53,957 nucleotides of DNA from assembly GCA_019429045.1 (NCBI GenBank), contig JAHYJL010000002.1, positions 1 to 53,957 on the forward strand, read 5' to 3'. The notes under the pieces were generated by a model. The model did no database searches. It had not been told where the DNA came from and was given only the letters and a program-made list of their open reading frames with translations. The stretch's first letter is position 1; every line of letters begins with the position of its first letter. Below, piece after piece: positions 27,425-37,699 of the stretch. The translations under genes and the position numbers were made by a program. Origin of the DNA: Bacteroidales bacterium. Its GTDB lineage: Bacteria; Bacteroidota; Bacteroidia; Bacteroidales; JAGOPY01.

Positions 27425-28801
27425 TTAACAGGTCCATGCTGAAATGTCACCGATAAGGGCCTTTGCAAACTTTTCAGCCTCTTCCATGGAAGTTGATTCG
27501 GCATAGATCCGCATGATCGGCTCGGTATTCGACTGGCGCAGATGGACCCATCCGTTTTCAAAGTCGATCCGCAAGCCGTCGGTTTCATTCAAAGGGTAAG
27601 ATTGGTATTTTGATTTGATGTGGTCAAAAAGTTCTATAAGGTCAACACCGGTTTTGATGGTCACTTTGTTTTTTGAAATATGATAATCCGGGTAGGTCTT
27701 GCGTAAAGCGGCGCACGACATTCCGCTCAGGGCCAGGTGCGACAGGAACAGGGCGGTGCCAACCAGTGCATCCCTTCCAAAGTGCAGCTCGGGAAAGATC
27801 ACCCCTCCGTTCCCTTCCCCTCCGATCACAGCCTGTTTAGCCTTCATCATAGCCACCACATTCACCTCGCCCACGGCGGAGGTATAATAGATTCCGTCAT
27901 ATTTTTCGGTGATATCCTTCAGCGCCCTGGAAGAGGAAAGGTTTGAAACGCTGTTTCCCGGCTTCTCTTTCAGCACATAATCGGCCACTGACACCAGGGT
28001 GTATTCTTCACCAAAAAACCCACCGTTTTCCATGACGATAGCGAGCCTATCCACATCGGGATCGACGGCAAAGCCAACATCGGCTTTATTTTTCACCACG
28101 GCTTGTGACAGTTCTGAAAGGTTTTCGGGCAGCGGCTCAGGGTTATGGGTGAATTTCCCGTCGGGTTTGGCGTTGAGTTTGATAACCTGGCTTACTTCCA
28201 GCGCGTCCAGCAGCATAGGCAATGCAATTCCTCCTACGGAATTAACAGCATCGAAAACCACTTTTAACCGGGCATTGCGAATGGCACTGGTATTGACCAG
28301 GGGCAATTCAAGGATTTTCCGGATATGCTGTTCCAGCCAGGTATAGTCGCGGCTGTAGCGGCCCAGGCTGCCAGTCTCAACATATTCAAAATCATTATTT
28401 TCAGCCAGGTCAAGGATCATCTGCCCTTCTTCCGCAGAAAGAAATTCCCCTTTCTCATTCAGAAGCTTCAGTGCGTTCCATTGTCCCGGGTTGTGGCTGG
28501 CAGTGATGATGATCCCCCCGTCGGCACCAATTCCGGGCACGGCGATCTCCACTGTTGGTGTGGCAGCCAGGCCCAGGTCGATCACATCGGCTCCGCTCCC
28601 CAGCAAGGCGCCGCTGACCAGATTGAACATCATCTTTCCCGAAACGCGTGCATCCCGGCCAATAACAATTTTTATCCGTTTTCTGCCTGTCCGGACTTTC
28701 TGGAATGCCCCGTAAGCCAAGCTGTACCTGATGATTTCCGGCGGTGTAAGACCGGTGCCGATAATCCCCCTGATCCCTGAAATGGATTTAATTAACGTCA
28801 T
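27425..28801 (-). CDS. glmM: phosphoglucosamine mutase (alpha-D-phosphohexomutase family)
   Basis: It has the active-site loop TASHNPGQWNALK and the Mg-binding GFAVDPDVDR. ATG 28801 (MTLIKSISGIRG) is preferred to the track start 28858, because a TAnnTTTG box lies at 28825-28818. Confidence 0.88.
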   Translation of the reverse strand: MTLIKSISGIRGIIGTGLTPPEIIRYSLAYGAFQKVRTGRKRIKIVIGRDARVSGKMMFNLVSGALLGSGADVIDLGLAATPTVEIAVPGIGADGGIIITASHNPGQWNALKLLNEKGEFLSAEEGQMILDLAENNDFEYVETGSLGRYSRDYTWLEQHIRKILELPLVNTSAIRNARLKVVFDAVNSVGGIALPMLLDALEVSQVIKLNAKPDGKFTHNPEPLPENLSELSQAVVKNKADVGFAVDPDVDRLAIVMENGGFFGEEYTLVSVADYVLKEKPGNSVSNLSSSRALKDITEKYDGIYYTSAVGEVNVVAMMKAKQAVIGGEGNGGVIFPELHFGRDALVGTALFLSHLALSGMSCAALRKTYPDYHISKNKVTIKTGVDLIELFDHIKSKYQSYPLNETDGLRIDFENGWVHLRQSNTEPIMRIYAESTSMEEAEKFAKALIGDISAWTC

Positions 28802-28817
28802 GCGGAATTGTTTTTGG

Positions 28818-28825
28818 CAAAAATA
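28818..28825 (-). promoter_or_regulatory. candidate -7 box (TATTTTTG)
   Basis: Matches TAnnTTTG on the - strand, 16 nt upstream of the glmM ATG 28801. It lies inside the longer track ORF, which argues for the shorter start. Confidence 0.45.
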
Positions 28826-28910
28826 GACAAACATAAAGACTCCCGCCATCTTGTTCATTATTTTCAGCAGTGATGCAAAAAGAACATCCCATACTGCTTC
28901 TCTTTTTTAC

Positions 28911-28918
28911 TAATTTTG
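28911..28918 (+). promoter_or_regulatory. candidate -7 box (TAATTTTG)
   Basis: Matches TAnnTTTG, 30 nt upstream of the TPR gene ATG 28949. Confidence 0.45.
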
Positions 28919-28948
28919 CCGGTCATATCTTGAGAAGATTACCATTTC

Positions 28949-30355
28949 ATGGATTCACCATTCGAATATAACGACACCGATATCAAAGCGCTGGTCGACC
29001 GCTTCGAAGACATGCTGAAGTCGAACAACAGCTATTTCTTCGATGTGGAAGATTTTGAAGACATCATTGATTATTACCTCGACGTGCAGAACATCAGCAA
29101 ATCGAAGAAAGCCATCGAAATGGCAGAGGCGCAGCATCCCGGCACTTCGGTGTTTCTCATCCGGAAAGCCAAATATCTGGTCATTGCCAATAATCCGGCC
29201 AGGGCTTTGTCATTGCTTGGCGACATCGAGAAGATCGACCCCGCCAACGGAGAGCTATATTTGATCAAGGGCAACATTTACAGCAGGCTTAAAAAATACA
29301 AGGAAGCGATCCGGGAATACAACAAGGCCATTGAGTATGCCGGCGACCTCGAGGAGGTTTACACCAATATTGCCTACGAATATGAAAATGCCGGCGATTA
29401 CAAGCAGGCGGTGCATTTCCTGAAAAAACTGCTTGAAATATATCCCGACAACGATTCCGCCCTGTTCGAACTTTCGTTCTGTTACGAGATCATGAACGAC
29501 CTGGACGGGTCCATTGAATTTCTCAATGTGTTTGTCGATAAGCACCCATACAATAAGATAGCCTGGTTCAACCTTGGAGTGGCATACAACAATCTCGAAC
29601 TGTTCGAGAACGCCATCCAGGCTTACGAGTTCGCCATCGCTATCGACGATACTTTTTCGTCGGCCTATTTCAACCTCGGCAACGCTTACGCCAACCTTGG
29701 CGAATTCCGGCTGGCCATCAAAAACTACCAGGAGACCTTTCAATACGAAGACCCACAGCCGATCACCCATTACTACATCGGCGAGTGTTATGAAAAGCTC
29801 GATCTTTTCAAGGAAGCAATAGAATATTACAATCTGGCTGTCAAGGCCGACCCGGAAATGGCCGATGGCTGGATGGGACTGGGTGTTTGCTACGATGAGC
29901 TGGGCCAGCAGGAGATGGCTGTCACTTGCATGGACAAAGCGCTGGGAATTGAAACCGACAACGCTGAATTCTGGTACATTTACGGCGATATGAAATACAA
30001 AATGGGCGACCTGGCATCCGCCACCCAGGCTTTTGAACGGGTTAGCGCCATCGATCCCACGCACCCCGATATCTGGCTCGACCTGTCTGATCTCTATATC
30101 GAGACAGGTGACCTGGTCAAGGCATACGAGGTGATCGAAGAGGGCGTTTACCAGCAGGCTTCCAATGCTTCGCTTTTATACCGGATGGCCGGCATGCTCA
30201 TGAAACAGGGCCGGCAGGAAGAAGCCCTGCTGACGCTGTCCAAAGGGCTTGAAACAGGGTATGATAAGCTGCATGAATTGTTTGAGTTTGTCCCGCAATC
30301 GGAGCAGAACGAAGATGTCCGGAAACTGATCCAGACCTTCACCAGTAAAAAGTGA
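28949..30355 (+). CDS. tetratricopeptide repeat protein
   Basis: 468 aa with successive 34-aa TPR units (AIEYYNLAVKADPEMADGW, AIQAYEFAIAIDDTFSSAYFNLGNAY and others). Confidence 0.85.
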   Translation: MDSPFEYNDTDIKALVDRFEDMLKSNNSYFFDVEDFEDIIDYYLDVQNISKSKKAIEMAEAQHPGTSVFLIRKAKYLVIANNPARALSLLGDIEKIDPANGELYLIKGNIYSRLKKYKEAIREYNKAIEYAGDLEEVYTNIAYEYENAGDYKQAVHFLKKLLEIYPDNDSALFELSFCYEIMNDLDGSIEFLNVFVDKHPYNKIAWFNLGVAYNNLELFENAIQAYEFAIAIDDTFSSAYFNLGNAYANLGEFRLAIKNYQETFQYEDPQPITHYYIGECYEKLDLFKEAIEYYNLAVKADPEMADGWMGLGVCYDELGQQEMAVTCMDKALGIETDNAEFWYIYGDMKYKMGDLASATQAFERVSAIDPTHPDIWLDLSDLYIETGDLVKAYEVIEEGVYQQASNASLLYRMAGMLMKQGRQEEALLTLSKGLETGYDKLHELFEFVPQSEQNEDVRKLIQTFTSKK

Positions 30356-30386
30356 TTCCGTTACCTTAATACCAAAAGAGAATCTG

Positions 30387-31310
30387 ATGAAAGAACAAAT
30401 CGGACTGGTGCTGAAAGGGATTGCCATGGGCACCGCCAATGTCATCCCCGGCGTCTCCGGTGGTACTATCGCACTCATTACCGGGATTTTCGAGCGACTG
30501 ATCAATTCACTCAAATCGTTCAATCTGAAGGCATTAAGGTTATTATTCCAGGGGAAGGTCAAGGAATTCCTGCAATACACCGATTTCTGGTTCCTCACCC
30601 TGGTCCTGGCAGGAGTGCTTGTCGCTGTGGTCACCCTCGCAAGGCTGTTCGACTTCCTGTTCACCCACTACCCGGTTTACATCTGGGCCTATTTTTTCGG
30701 ACTGGTGCTGGCATCGGTTTACTTTGTCGGAAAAACGGTTGAACGGTGGAACATACCGGTGATTATCACGTTAATCATCGGTGCGGCGATTGCGGTGGTT
30801 GTTACTTTTCTGAACCCGGCGGCAGGGAACGACGGCGTGCTTTACGTGATGCTCTGTGGCGCCATCGCAGTCTGCAGCATGATCCTGCCCGGGCTGTCCG
30901 GTTCATTTGTCCTGTTCATCATGGGCAACTACAAGCTGGTGGCTATTGACGCCATCAACGACAGGGATTTACGGATCCTTATCCCTTTCTTTATCGGCGC
31001 CGGGATCGGTTTGCTGGCATTTTCACACCTGCTGTCATGGATCCTCAAAAAATTCAGGGATGAAACCATTTCCTTACTTACCGGATTTATTCTGGGTTCC
31101 GTCAGCATACTTTGGCCATGGCAACACAAGATTCATTTACTCGACCCGGCTGGTAATGAAATTCTGAAGAACGGACAACCGGTGGTGATCGATTACCAAC
31201 GGTACATTCCCGAAGCCTTCACCCTTGAAACGGTTATAGCCATAGGCCTGATCCTGGTTGGCATCTTAAGTATCTGGGCTGTGGAGAGAACGGCCGAAAA
31301 AAAGAGCTGA
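30387..31310 (+). CDS. DUF368 family polytopic membrane protein
   Basis: 307 aa. The duplicated motif PGVSGGTIALITG / PGLSGSFVLFIMG is typical of DUF368. Confidence 0.85.
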   Translation: MKEQIGLVLKGIAMGTANVIPGVSGGTIALITGIFERLINSLKSFNLKALRLLFQGKVKEFLQYTDFWFLTLVLAGVLVAVVTLARLFDFLFTHYPVYIWAYFFGLVLASVYFVGKTVERWNIPVIITLIIGAAIAVVVTFLNPAAGNDGVLYVMLCGAIAVCSMILPGLSGSFVLFIMGNYKLVAIDAINDRDLRILIPFFIGAGIGLLAFSHLLSWILKKFRDETISLLTGFILGSVSILWPWQHKIHLLDPAGNEILKNGQPVVIDYQRYIPEAFTLETVIAIGLILVGILSIWAVERTAEKKS

Positions 31311-31311
31311 G

Positions 31312-32061
31312 ATGCGCACTTACGGCATCATTGGCAACCCTCTCTCACACTCCAGGTCGAAAACATATTTTGAGAAGAAGTTCAGGGAAGAAAATCTGGA
31401 AGATTGCCGGTATGAAAACTACCCGCTTCATGATATTTCTGAATTACCAGGCCTGATATCGCGTGAATCCACCCTACGAGGAATTAATGTTACTATACCT
31501 TACAAGGAGTCGGTCCTGCGCTATATCAACCGGCCGGACCCGGTAGCGTCTGAGATCGGGGCGGCGAACGTGCTGAAGATCAACAGGGATGGGGGCAAAG
31601 TATTCATAGAGGGCTATAACACTGACATGCCGGCGTTCAGGGACACCTTGCAGCCGATGCTCAAAAGGGATCACCAACGGGCGCTGGTACTGGGATCAGG
31701 CGGTGCATCCCGGGCCGTTGTTTTCGCTCTCAAAGCGCTGGGGATCGATTATTCCATTGTATCCAGGTCCCCGCAACCAAATCAGCTATCGTATGCCATG
31801 CTAAATTATGAGGTGATCCAAAGCCACCCGGTGATCATCAATGCCACACCTGTTGGTATGTTCCCCGATACAGCGCGCTTCCCGGAGATACCATACGATG
31901 CCATCACCGGCGATCATCTTTTATACGACCTGGTTTATAATCCGCAGGAAACAATATTCCTCAGAAAAGGAGCCACCCGGGGCGCCATGGTAAAGAACGG
32001 CCTGGAGATGCTTAACCGGCAGGCGGAGATGGGGTGGGAAATCTGGAATTATTTTTTTTAA
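31312..32061 (+). CDS. aroE: shikimate dehydrogenase
   Basis: 249 aa. It has GINVTIPYKE and the NADP Rossmann VLGSGGASRAV. Confidence 0.88.
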   Translation: MRTYGIIGNPLSHSRSKTYFEKKFREENLEDCRYENYPLHDISELPGLISRESTLRGINVTIPYKESVLRYINRPDPVASEIGAANVLKINRDGGKVFIEGYNTDMPAFRDTLQPMLKRDHQRALVLGSGGASRAVVFALKALGIDYSIVSRSPQPNQLSYAMLNYEVIQSHPVIINATPVGMFPDTARFPEIPYDAITGDHLLYDLVYNPQETIFLRKGATRGAMVKNGLEMLNRQAEMGWEIWNYFF

Positions 32062-32096
32062 TTCCTTCATCCGGCAAATTTATGGGATATTTTTCT

Positions 32097-32104
32097 TATA
32101 TTTG
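32097..32104 (+). promoter_or_regulatory. candidate -7 box (TATATTTG)
   Basis: Matches TAnnTTTG, 25 nt upstream of the usp ATG 32130. Confidence 0.45.
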
Positions 32105-32129
32105 ATCTATCACACGAAACATTCATCAC

Positions 32130-33002
32130 ATGAAAAAGATATTGGTCCCTGTCGATTTCTCAAACCATACGGCTACTTCAATAAGGTATGCCCGGAATAT
32201 TGCCCGGGTTACCGGGTCGGAAATAATCCTGTTCCATTCATTCTTCGACCAGATCTATTTTTCCAACGGAGGCTTTTCAACGGGGTTTGAATCGGGCATG
32301 ATGCTGACCGACCAGATTATCCGTGATTTTTACCGGCAAAAAGAGGAAGGGCTTCAGAAACTGGCGGACGAACTGATTACCGGTTCCGGTGAGAAAGGCG
32401 ATGCCGGCATAAAGGTGTCAACTAAAACAGAAAGCGGTGATCCGGAGGTGCAGATCATGCAGACGATCGGACAGGTCAATCCCGACCTGATCGTCATGGG
32501 ATCGGGTGGAATGGGAAAGAAAAGCCTTCTGTCCGGTTCTATAGCCCGGAAGATCATGAACAACGCTGAAACTCCTGTCATTGCTGTGCCGGAGCTGAAT
32601 GTTATGCCCACTATCGGCCATGTGGCCTACATGACCAACTTCGATAACGGCGACATTATGGCCATCCGGAGAATCCAATCGGTGCTGGCCGGCTTTCCTC
32701 TCAATATCCATTGCCTGCATCTCTGCCAGCAGGGAGAAAATGAGGAAGCAGCGATACAATTACAAAAGCTTGCCGGCAGTAAGGAGTTGAAGAAAATGAA
32801 ATCTCCCGTTAGTTTTCAATTGCTGGACGCGGAAGATATGCGGGTAGCACTGAAGAATTTCATTGCCTCAAACCACATTAGCCTCATCGCTTTTATCCCG
32901 CATAAGCGCAATGTTATAAAAAATCTTCTTTACCAGGGACTTACAAAAGAGGACCTATTCCTGACACAGACCCCTGTCATGGCTATACAACCAGGCGAAT
33001 AA
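32130..33002 (+). CDS. universal stress protein, tandem Usp domains
   Basis: 290 aa. It has MKKILVPVDFS, an ATP-binding-like GSGGMGKKSLLSGS and a second Usp-like half. Confidence 0.82.
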   Translation: MKKILVPVDFSNHTATSIRYARNIARVTGSEIILFHSFFDQIYFSNGGFSTGFESGMMLTDQIIRDFYRQKEEGLQKLADELITGSGEKGDAGIKVSTKTESGDPEVQIMQTIGQVNPDLIVMGSGGMGKKSLLSGSIARKIMNNAETPVIAVPELNVMPTIGHVAYMTNFDNGDIMAIRRIQSVLAGFPLNIHCLHLCQQGENEEAAIQLQKLAGSKELKKMKSPVSFQLLDAEDMRVALKNFIASNHISLIAFIPHKRNVIKNLLYQGLTKEDLFLTQTPVMAIQPGE

Positions 33003-33016
33003 ACCGGATAAACTGC

Positions 33017-34261
33017 ATGATGCCCACCCTGCAAAACCACTCCGAAATCACCATTATCGGTGCCGGGCCCGCCGGTATCACGGCAGCACTGGCACTGGGG
33101 AAAAAAGGCATTCCGTGTATGCTGATAGACCAGGATTATTTCCCCAGGGAAAAGATCTGTGGCGACGGGTTGAGCGGGAAAGTAGTCAGCACACTGAATA
33201 AAATCGATCCCGAATACGCCCGGCAACTGTACCAAACCGGCATGGCCACCGATTCCTGGTCAGTGCGGTTCTACGCTCCTTCCTCAAAAATGGCCGAAAT
33301 TGATTTTCGCCCTTCCAATCAATCCATTCCACCGGGGTTTGTATGTAAAAGGGCCGGTTTCGACAATTTCCTTCTCGAAAAAGCAATCAATCTCCCGTTA
33401 GTTACGTTTCATCCAGGCATCGAGGTAAAAAAAATTTCCAGGAGCATGGAGAATTTGCTGCTTGAAGATATTAACGGGACCTGGAAAATGACAACAAACC
33501 TCTTGCTGATAGCCTGCGGGGCTAACCGGAACCTTATCGGCACGTTCGATCCGGCTTATCCTGGCATTGAGAACGAAGGAATTGGCATCAGGGCATACTT
33601 TAAAAACGTCAGCGGCTGCAGCGCCCGGAACGCCATCGAAATCCATTTCCTCCGGGAACTGCTACCATGGTACTTGTGGATATTCCCCTTCAATAACCAT
33701 TCAGCCAACGTCGGTCTGGCATTGCCTGTCCGGCTGGCCAGGAAACAAGACATGAGCCTGAAAAGGTTGCTTTTTCATCTCATCGAAAAATACCCCTACC
33801 TGAAAGCAAGGTTCTCCGGTGCGGAAATGCTGGGAAAGCCGGCAGCACAAAGGTTGCCTTTTTATACCGGAGCGTTTCCAATCGCCGGTGACCGGTATAT
33901 GCTGCTGGGCGATGCCGCCCGCCTGATCGATCCTTTCACAGGGGAAGGAATTGGAAATGCGATGGTTAGCGGGATGGTCGCCGCTGATGTAGCTGCTCTC
34001 TGTTACCAAAAAAAGGATTACAGTACAAATGCCAGCCAACATTATCATGAAAAAGTATACCAGAAATTGAAACATGATCTCGATATTGGCTTGCGCCTGC
34101 ATCAACTGGCAATAAATCCCCGACTGCTTAACATGGTGATCGGTCGCGCCTCGAAAAGCCTTAAAATCAGAAATTTACTCACAGAAATGCTTTATGATAC
34201 CAACACCAAAGGCAAGCTCAGGAACAGGCTTTTTCATCTCAAAGTATTTCTGAGGCTGTAA
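33017..34261 (+). CDS. FAD-dependent oxidoreductase, geranylgeranyl reductase family
   Basis: 414 aa. It has the dinucleotide motif ITIIGAGPAGITAA, KICGDGLS and GDAARLIDPFTGEGIGNAM. Confidence 0.8.
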   Translation: MMPTLQNHSEITIIGAGPAGITAALALGKKGIPCMLIDQDYFPREKICGDGLSGKVVSTLNKIDPEYARQLYQTGMATDSWSVRFYAPSSKMAEIDFRPSNQSIPPGFVCKRAGFDNFLLEKAINLPLVTFHPGIEVKKISRSMENLLLEDINGTWKMTTNLLLIACGANRNLIGTFDPAYPGIENEGIGIRAYFKNVSGCSARNAIEIHFLRELLPWYLWIFPFNNHSANVGLALPVRLARKQDMSLKRLLFHLIEKYPYLKARFSGAEMLGKPAAQRLPFYTGAFPIAGDRYMLLGDAARLIDPFTGEGIGNAMVSGMVAADVAALCYQKKDYSTNASQHYHEKVYQKLKHDLDIGLRLHQLAINPRLLNMVIGRASKSLKIRNLLTEMLYDTNTKGKLRNRLFHLKVFLRL

Positions 34262-34320
34262 TATCAATGATTTATTAATTTCGTGATTTGTATTTTCGCG
34301 AATTCATTTAACTCTTTTGG

Positions 34321-36291
34321 ATGAAACTATCGGTCGTCATTGTCAACTATAATGTGAAGTACTTCCTGGAACAGTGCCTGAATTCGGTCAGGCGGGCAAG
34401 CGAGGGATTGCAGGTGGAGGTTTTTGTGGTTGACAATAATTCGGTGGACGGATCCTGCGAGATGGTCAGAGAAAAATTTCCGGAAGTAATCCAAATTGAA
34501 AACAAGGAAAATCTCGGGTTTTCCAAAGCCAATAACCAGGCTATCCTCCAATCGAAAGGGGAATACGTCCTGCTGCTGAATCCTGATACGGTGGTGGAGG
34601 ATGACACTTTCTCCAAGGTGCTGGAATTTATGGACAACCATCCAGATGCCGGTGGCCTTGGGGTGAAGATGATCGACGGGAAAGGGACATTCCTGCCGGA
34701 ATCCAAGCGGGGTCTTCCCACACCGGATGTCGCCTTCTACAAAATATTCGGCCTGTCGAAGTTCTTTCCCCGCTCCAAAATCTTCGGTAAATACCACCTG
34801 GGATACCTGCCGCAAGACGATATCAATCCAGTTGATGTACTTTCAGGGGCATTTATGTTGTTGCGAAGAGAAACGCTGGATAAAACCGGCCTGCTCGACG
34901 AGACATTCTTTATGTACGGAGAAGATATTGACCTGTCGTACAGGATTTTAAAAGCAGGCTATAAAAATTACTATTTCCCTGGCACCCGGATCATTCACTA
35001 CAAAGGGGAGAGCACCAAAAAGGGAAGCATCAACTATGTTTTTCTCTTCTACAATGCCATGATCATTTTCGCCCGGAAGCATTTCACCCACCGGCGCGCC
35101 AGGATACTCGCCCTGCTGATCCGTATCGCCATCTATTTCAGGGCTTCGCTGGCCATCGTCAGCCGTTTCCTGTCAAAGGCCATCATGCCGCTGCTGGACG
35201 CCATCCTGATTTACGGGGGATTGTTTTTCATCATCAACTACTGGGAGGAAAGGGTCATTTTTCCCGAAGGCGGTGGTTACCCGCCCGGGTTTTTCACCCT
35301 CGCCGTCCCGGGCTATATCCTCATTTGGCTTCTCTCCTGCTATTTCAGCAGCACTTACGACAGGCCGGTTAAGATTGGAAAGATTTTCAGGGGAATCTCA
35401 GTAGGTACGGTCATCATTTTGGTTGCCTATGCCCTGCTGCCTGAGCATCTCAGGTTTTCCCGCGCCATCATTTTGCTGGGCGCTGTCTGGGCTGTCTTGG
35501 CCATGGCGGGACTGCGGATATTTTCAAACCTTGTCAAATCGGGCCATTTCGGATTCGATGCGGTGAAAGACAGGCGCTTTGTGATCATCGGCGACCTGGC
35601 GGAGGCAAAACGGGTCAGGGACCTGTTGCAGAATTCCTACCGGAACCCGGGATTTATCGGAATGGTTGCGGTTAACGCCGGTGAACATAAAAGCGATGAA
35701 TTGATCGGATCGCTGCCGCAAATCAAAGAGATCATCAAAGTCTACCGGATAGACGAGATCATTTTCTGCTCGAAAAGCATGACACACCAGGCGATCATCG
35801 ACCAGATGTCCGATCTGCAGGACCTGCAGGTCGATTACAAGATCGCACCCGAAGACAGCCTCTCCATTATCGGCAGCAATTCGATCAATACGGCCGGAGA
35901 CCTCTATACCGTGAATATCAATGCAATCACCAATGTCGAGAACCTGCGGAACAAACGGTTGCTGGATCTGGCCGTTTCGCTGGGGGCATTGATAATGCTA
36001 CCCGTTCTCCTCTTCCTGGTCCAGTCTCTGCCGGGACTGTTGCGGAATATCCTGCGTGTTCTTTTCGGCTGCCGAAGCTGGGTGGGATATGTCTCCGACG
36101 GAGCCGACCCTACCGACCGCTTGCCCCACATCCGAAAAGGGATATTGAACCCGATGGATGCTTTTGGCGATGACGTGATCTCCGATGAGATCCGGCAACA
36201 GCTGAATGTTATCTATACCCGGGATTATAGCATCCGGAACGATCTCAACATCATCCTGAAAGGCATCCGGAATCTGGGCCGGAAAAACTGA
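34321..36291 (+). CDS. family-2 glycosyltransferase fused to a membrane and degenerate sugar-transferase-like C-terminal module
   Basis: 656 aa. The N-terminal GT2 has LSVVIVNYN, DNNSVDGS, LLNPDT and YGEDIDLS. Then come about 5 TM helices, a Rossmann-like FVIIGD segment and KRLLDLAVSLGALIMLPVLLF, the start of a bacterial sugar-transferase domain. I cannot see the usual KFRTM-type core. Confidence 0.78.
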   Translation: MKLSVVIVNYNVKYFLEQCLNSVRRASEGLQVEVFVVDNNSVDGSCEMVREKFPEVIQIENKENLGFSKANNQAILQSKGEYVLLLNPDTVVEDDTFSKVLEFMDNHPDAGGLGVKMIDGKGTFLPESKRGLPTPDVAFYKIFGLSKFFPRSKIFGKYHLGYLPQDDINPVDVLSGAFMLLRRETLDKTGLLDETFFMYGEDIDLSYRILKAGYKNYYFPGTRIIHYKGESTKKGSINYVFLFYNAMIIFARKHFTHRRARILALLIRIAIYFRASLAIVSRFLSKAIMPLLDAILIYGGLFFIINYWEERVIFPEGGGYPPGFFTLAVPGYILIWLLSCYFSSTYDRPVKIGKIFRGISVGTVIILVAYALLPEHLRFSRAIILLGAVWAVLAMAGLRIFSNLVKSGHFGFDAVKDRRFVIIGDLAEAKRVRDLLQNSYRNPGFIGMVAVNAGEHKSDELIGSLPQIKEIIKVYRIDEIIFCSKSMTHQAIIDQMSDLQDLQVDYKIAPEDSLSIIGSNSINTAGDLYTVNINAITNVENLRNKRLLDLAVSLGALIMLPVLLFLVQSLPGLLRNILRVLFGCRSWVGYVSDGADPTDRLPHIRKGILNPMDAFGDDVISDEIRQQLNVIYTRDYSIRNDLNIILKGIRNLGRKN

Positions 36292-36335
36292 TCCCTGACG
36301 AACAAAACCACCCCTGACAGTGTTAATTAAATGCG

Positions 36336-36343
36336 TATTTTTG
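36336..36343 (+). promoter_or_regulatory. candidate -7 box (TATTTTTG)
   Basis: Matches TAnnTTTG, 49 nt upstream of the E2 ATG 36393. Confidence 0.45.
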
Positions 36344-36392
36344 CAGACTATTCCGTAAACTGGAATCAGTCGTCAAGGTTAAATAAACTGTT

Positions 36393-37697
36393 ATGGCCAC
36401 ATTTGATATCGTGATGCCCAAACTGGGCGAAAGCATTATTGAGGCAACCATCACCAAATGGCTGAAGGCTGCCGGCGACCAGGTCAATGAAGATGATGCG
36501 CTGGCGGAGATCGCCACCGACAAAGTTGATTCCGAAATTCCTTCCCCTGTGGAAGGCGTTGTAAAAGAGCTTTTTTTCAAAGAGGGTGATATTGTGCCAG
36601 TCGGAAAGGTCATTGCTGTCATTGACCTGGGCGGAGAGGCAGCCACACAGGAAATAAAGGAAGAGGAAAAAGATGCGGAACCGGTAAAAGAAGAGAAACC
36701 GGCAGAAAAAGAAGCAAAACCCGCCCCGGCTGCCCCGGCGAAAGAAAGTGATGAAGCTTATGCTGGCGACAGGTTTTATTCCCCACTGGTAAAAAATATA
36801 GCCGAAAAGGAGAATATATCGTTGCAGGAACTGGACAAGGTTCCGGGAAGCGGCAAAGACGGCCGGCTCACGAAGCAGGACCTGCTTGATTATCTGCAAA
36901 ACAGGCCCTCTGAAGAAGCGGCTCCGGAAAAATCGGTTGCAGCCAAAGCGGTCCCATCCTTTGAAGCGCCGAAAGTGACCACGGAAAGCGGTGATGAGAT
37001 CTATGAGATGGACCGCATGCGAAAGCTCATCGCCGACCATATGGTGATGTCGAAGCAGGTTTCCCCGCATGTTACCTCATTCATTGATGTCGATGTCACG
37101 GCCATCGTCAACTGGCGGGAAAAGAACAAAGATGCCTTCTTCGACCGCGAAAAGGAAAAACTCACCTACACGCACATTTTCATAGAGGCCGCCGCGCAGA
37201 TATTGAAGGAATTCCCGCGTGTGAACGCTTCTGTAGACGGAATGAATATCATCCACAGGAAAAAAATCAATATCGGCATGGCAACGGCCCTGCCCAACGG
37301 TAACCTGATCGTTCCTGTGATTCGCAATGCGGATCAGAAAAACCTGCTAGGTATTATTAAAGACGTGAACGACCTGGCCAACCGGGCCCGGAAGAACAGT
37401 TTGCTACCGGACGAGATCCAGGGAGGCACCTTTACAGTGACCAACTTCGGCACATTCGACAGCCTCACGGGCACTCCCATCATAAACCAGCCGCAGGTCG
37501 CCATCCTGGGCATCGGGGCCATCCGCAAAAAACCGGTAGTCATCGAAACAACCCAGGGCGACGTGATTGGCATACGACACATCATGATCCTGTCCCTGGC
37601 CTATGACCACCGCATGGTCGACGGCGCTCTCGGCGGCATGTACCTGAAAAGAATGAAGGAAATGCTGGAAGATTGGGATTCGGATAGGAAGATATAG
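36393..37697 (+). CDS. 2-oxoacid dehydrogenase E2 component (dihydrolipoamide acyltransferase)
   Basis: 434 aa. It has a lipoyl domain (EIATDKVDSEIPSP), an Ala/Pro/Glu-rich linker, an E3-binding segment and the catalytic LAYDHRMVDG. Confidence 0.9.
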   Translation: MATFDIVMPKLGESIIEATITKWLKAAGDQVNEDDALAEIATDKVDSEIPSPVEGVVKELFFKEGDIVPVGKVIAVIDLGGEAATQEIKEEEKDAEPVKEEKPAEKEAKPAPAAPAKESDEAYAGDRFYSPLVKNIAEKENISLQELDKVPGSGKDGRLTKQDLLDYLQNRPSEEAAPEKSVAAKAVPSFEAPKVTTESGDEIYEMDRMRKLIADHMVMSKQVSPHVTSFIDVDVTAIVNWREKNKDAFFDREKEKLTYTHIFIEAAAQILKEFPRVNASVDGMNIIHRKKINIGMATALPNGNLIVPVIRNADQKNLLGIIKDVNDLANRARKNSLLPDEIQGGTFTVTNFGTFDSLTGTPIINQPQVAILGIGAIRKKPVVIETTQGDVIGIRHIMILSLAYDHRMVDGALGGMYLKRMKEMLEDWDSDRKI

Positions 37698-37699
37698 AA

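Noticed and set aside
28802-28858. Upstream starts offered by the ORF track for glmM (28858), gap (19598), the GT-C-like gene (41014, TTG), the 48110 gene (TTG) and the ALDH gene (38634, TTG).
   Set aside because: The extensions add hydrophobic or low-complexity residues absent from the conserved N-termini (MTLIKSISGIRG, MPDQQ...). They overlap promoter boxes or terminator tails, or use TTG when an ATG with better context follows.
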